Positions 62,198-64,000 of a stretch of 64,000 nt of DNA are shown here, in pieces. The DNA is taken from assembly GCA_001599295.1 (NCBI GenBank), contig BCGN01000004.1, forward strand, positions 190,138 through 254,137, read 5' to 3'. Under the pieces are notes generated by a model that searched no databases, was not told where the DNA came from, and saw nothing but the letters and a program-made list of their open reading frames with translations. How positions within the stretch are numbered: position 1 is the stretch's first letter; every line of letters starts with the position of its first letter. The stretch is from Sporopachydermia quercuum. Lineage: Eukaryota. The translations under genes were made by a program, and so were the position numbers.

Positions 62198-64000
62198 TCA
62201 CCAGTCTTCTCCATCATCTTCGTCATCACTCTGAGCCACTTTGCTCTTTCGGGTACTTAAAGCCGCCGCTAATGCGTCGGCTAATGATGCTGGCTGGCCC
62301 GGTGGTGCAGCACCTCCGCCACCAGAACTGGAAGGTGGTGGTGGCGCTTCGCCTTTGGCTTCTTGTAGTAGTACAGAAGGTTTATCTAGTGCAGATTTGT
62401 CGACTTTTTTCAACGATCCAAGACCGGAATTTCTAATTTGCGCCAGAAGGGCGTCTCGGTCGTTTCCTACTTGTGGTAAAAAAGGTGCAGCAGAAGGAGG
62501 GCCTTGTGAACCACCCATTAGCGGTGCAGGTGGAGCCGGAGGTGGGACAGAGCCCATTGGAGGAGCTGGAGGGGCTGGCGGGGCAGGAGGTGGGGCAGCA
62601 TTCATAGAAGGCATTGGTGGCGCAGGTGGGGGTGCGCTTGTTTGTGGAGGTAGCTGTGGAGGTAGCTGTGGTGGGGCAGGAGGCACAAATCCAGACATTT
62701 GAGGCGCAACAGGCGTCGGCGCTGCCATTGTTTGTGTCCTTGGTGGCATTGGCGGCATCTGAGGCGCCGGCGGCACCATTTGTGGCGAAGTCGGAACAGT
62801 CCCATATCCCCTAGAAGGTGGGGGTGGCGGCACAGCACTGGCTTGGCCACCTAATCTAGAAGGTGGCGGCAGCGGTGGCTGAGAATTCCTAGCTGGCGGA
62901 GGTGGCGGTGGCACACTGCTTCTACTGGGAACAGCAGGTACTGCGCCTCTTTGAGGTGGCAAAGGTGGCGGCATTGCCACACTAGTTCTTTGTGGAGGAG
63001 GAGGAGGAGGCTGTCCAAACTGCGGGGTCGGTATTGGTGTCCGAGACGGCAAATTCGGCGGAGCAGGAACCGGCCGTGCGTTAGGGTTTGCAAAACTTGG
63101 CGGGGCCACAGGAGGCAAACTAGGGGAAAACACGGGAGCCTTTAAGATTTGGTGGGCCGAAGGTGGGGTTGGGCTGTTGGTTGGCGGAGTAGGACTAGCG
63201 CTAGAACTGGGGCTAGTAACATTAGTACTAGAAGAATTGAGTTGGGGAGGAGCAGAATATACCAGATTGGGTGCTGGGGCCGGCGGAGTAGGACTAGTGC
63301 TAGAAACGTTATCAGCGCTTGGAGAGTCCTTTCCTGGTAATTCTGGTGGCGGGGCAGACATAGTAGGGATGTGTAACGTCGGCATTGGTGGGGGCGGTGG
63401 AGGTGCACTCAAATTATCACCAGAACCGGAAACGCTGCCTGAAACCGGAGGTGGGGGTGGGGGAGGTAGCTTTTTGCGGTGCTCGGTTTCCCCTTCAGAT
63501 GTCACAGAGAGTGAACTAGCATGGCCATTGATATTAGAACCGATTTTGCCGTTTTCAGTAATTAGCCCGCTATCTGCCTTGCTCTGCATTTGGTACTTTC
63601 TCGGAATAGGTGGCTCAAGCCCCACTAGAGGCCCACCTTGCTGCCGGATATAATCCTTAATAAAGTCCCGATTCTTGGCTATCATGTCTTCCGAGATTCC
63701 GGCCGCTTCCAGCTCTTTGTACAGCGCACGCCACTCGATCGGTGGCTCATTGTCGTAATATATCGGCTGAATGTTCATCCGCTTCCGAAATGCGGTGGGG
63801 TCCCCTCTTGGACCCGGCGCCTCCTGCGCTTTTGGCGTTTTCTTCATGGCTATTGCGTTCTTATTCTGTAGGGTGGCTTTGCTAGCATACTTCTCTTTAT
63901 TATGGACCCGTTTTAGGAAATGCTGCGCCTCACTGTCATCTTCAAAAAGAAAACCTGCATAACACTCCTCAATTTCAAAAGAATGGAAGAACTTCCGGTC
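62198..64000 (-). CDS. LAS17: WASP homologue, Arp2/3 activator (5' end outside window)
   Basis: The frame is open from the edge with a WH1 C-terminal part (DRKFFHSFEIEECYAGFLFED), then poly-Pro tracts, WH2 RDALLAQIR..LKKVDK, central LADALAAAL and acidic DDEDDGEDW. Confidence 0.95.
   Translation of the reverse strand, partial: DRKFFHSFEIEECYAGFLFEDDSEAQHFLKRVHNKEKYASKATLQNKNAIAMKKTPKAQEAPGPRGDPTAFRKRMNIQPIYYDNEPPIEWRALYKELEAAGISEDMIAKNRDFIKDYIRQQGGPLVGLEPPIPRKYQMQSKADSGLITENGKIGSNINGHASSLSVTSEGETEHRKKLPPPPPPPVSGSVSGSGDNLSAPPPPPPMPTLHIPTMSAPPPELPGKDSPSADNVSSTSPTPPAPAPNLVYSAPPQLNSSSTNVTSPSSSASPTPPTNSPTPPSAHQILKAPVFSPSLPPVAPPSFANPNARPVPAPPNLPSRTPIPTPQFGQPPPPPPQRTSVAMPPPLPPQRGAVPAVPSRSSVPPPPPPARNSQPPLPPPSRLGGQASAVPPPPPSRGYGTVPTSPQMVPPAPQMPPMPPRTQTMAAPTPVAPQMSGFVPPAPPQLPPQLPPQTSAPPPAPPMPSMNAAPPPAPPAPPAPPMGSVPPPAPPAPLMGGSQGPPSAAPFLPQVGNDRDALLAQIRNSGLGSLKKVDKSALDKPSVLLQEAKGEAPPPPSSSGGGGAAPPGQPASLADALAAALSTRKSKVAQSDDEDDGEDW

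Noticed and set aside
62241..63962. Several Gly/Arg-rich ORFs overlapping LAS17 and the local GC rise
   Set aside because: Antisense or alternative-frame shadows of proline codons; no sign of foreign DNA.

Overview
AT-rich budding-yeast (Saccharomycotina) nuclear DNA. It uses the standard CUG=Leu code, retains a respiratory Complex I subunit gene, and has more spliceosomal introns than S. cerevisiae. About 21 host protein-coding genes are present, two of them cut by the window edges. Several lie in blocks matching Saccharomyces gene order: MRPL9-CRM1; MCK1/YGK3-MRPS18-RPL25-MDH2; NTH1-YRB1-RER2-COQ1; SKN7-SET5-FMP10-FAU1-BAT1. The other genes are a PDK-like kinase (partial), NDUFS6/NUMM, HYM1, an Hsp30/Yro2-family opsin-related gene, a GCIP-like gene and LAS17 (partial). 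The most interesting object is a Ty3/gypsy LTR retrotransposon with intact ORFs (52211-58208), sitting 10 bp upstream of an intron-containing tRNA-Pro(UGG) gene with a 5-bp AATAA target-site duplication. Its pol is in the -1 frame (Ty3 itself uses +1). The gag/pol overlap carries a G_AAA_AAC slippery site followed by a predicted H-type pseudoknot. Its LTRs carry tandem CACGTGAC (Cbf1/CDEI-type) sites. Assembly gaps obscure parts of both LTRs. Gene names rest on motif and synteny recognition from memory, not on database searches.
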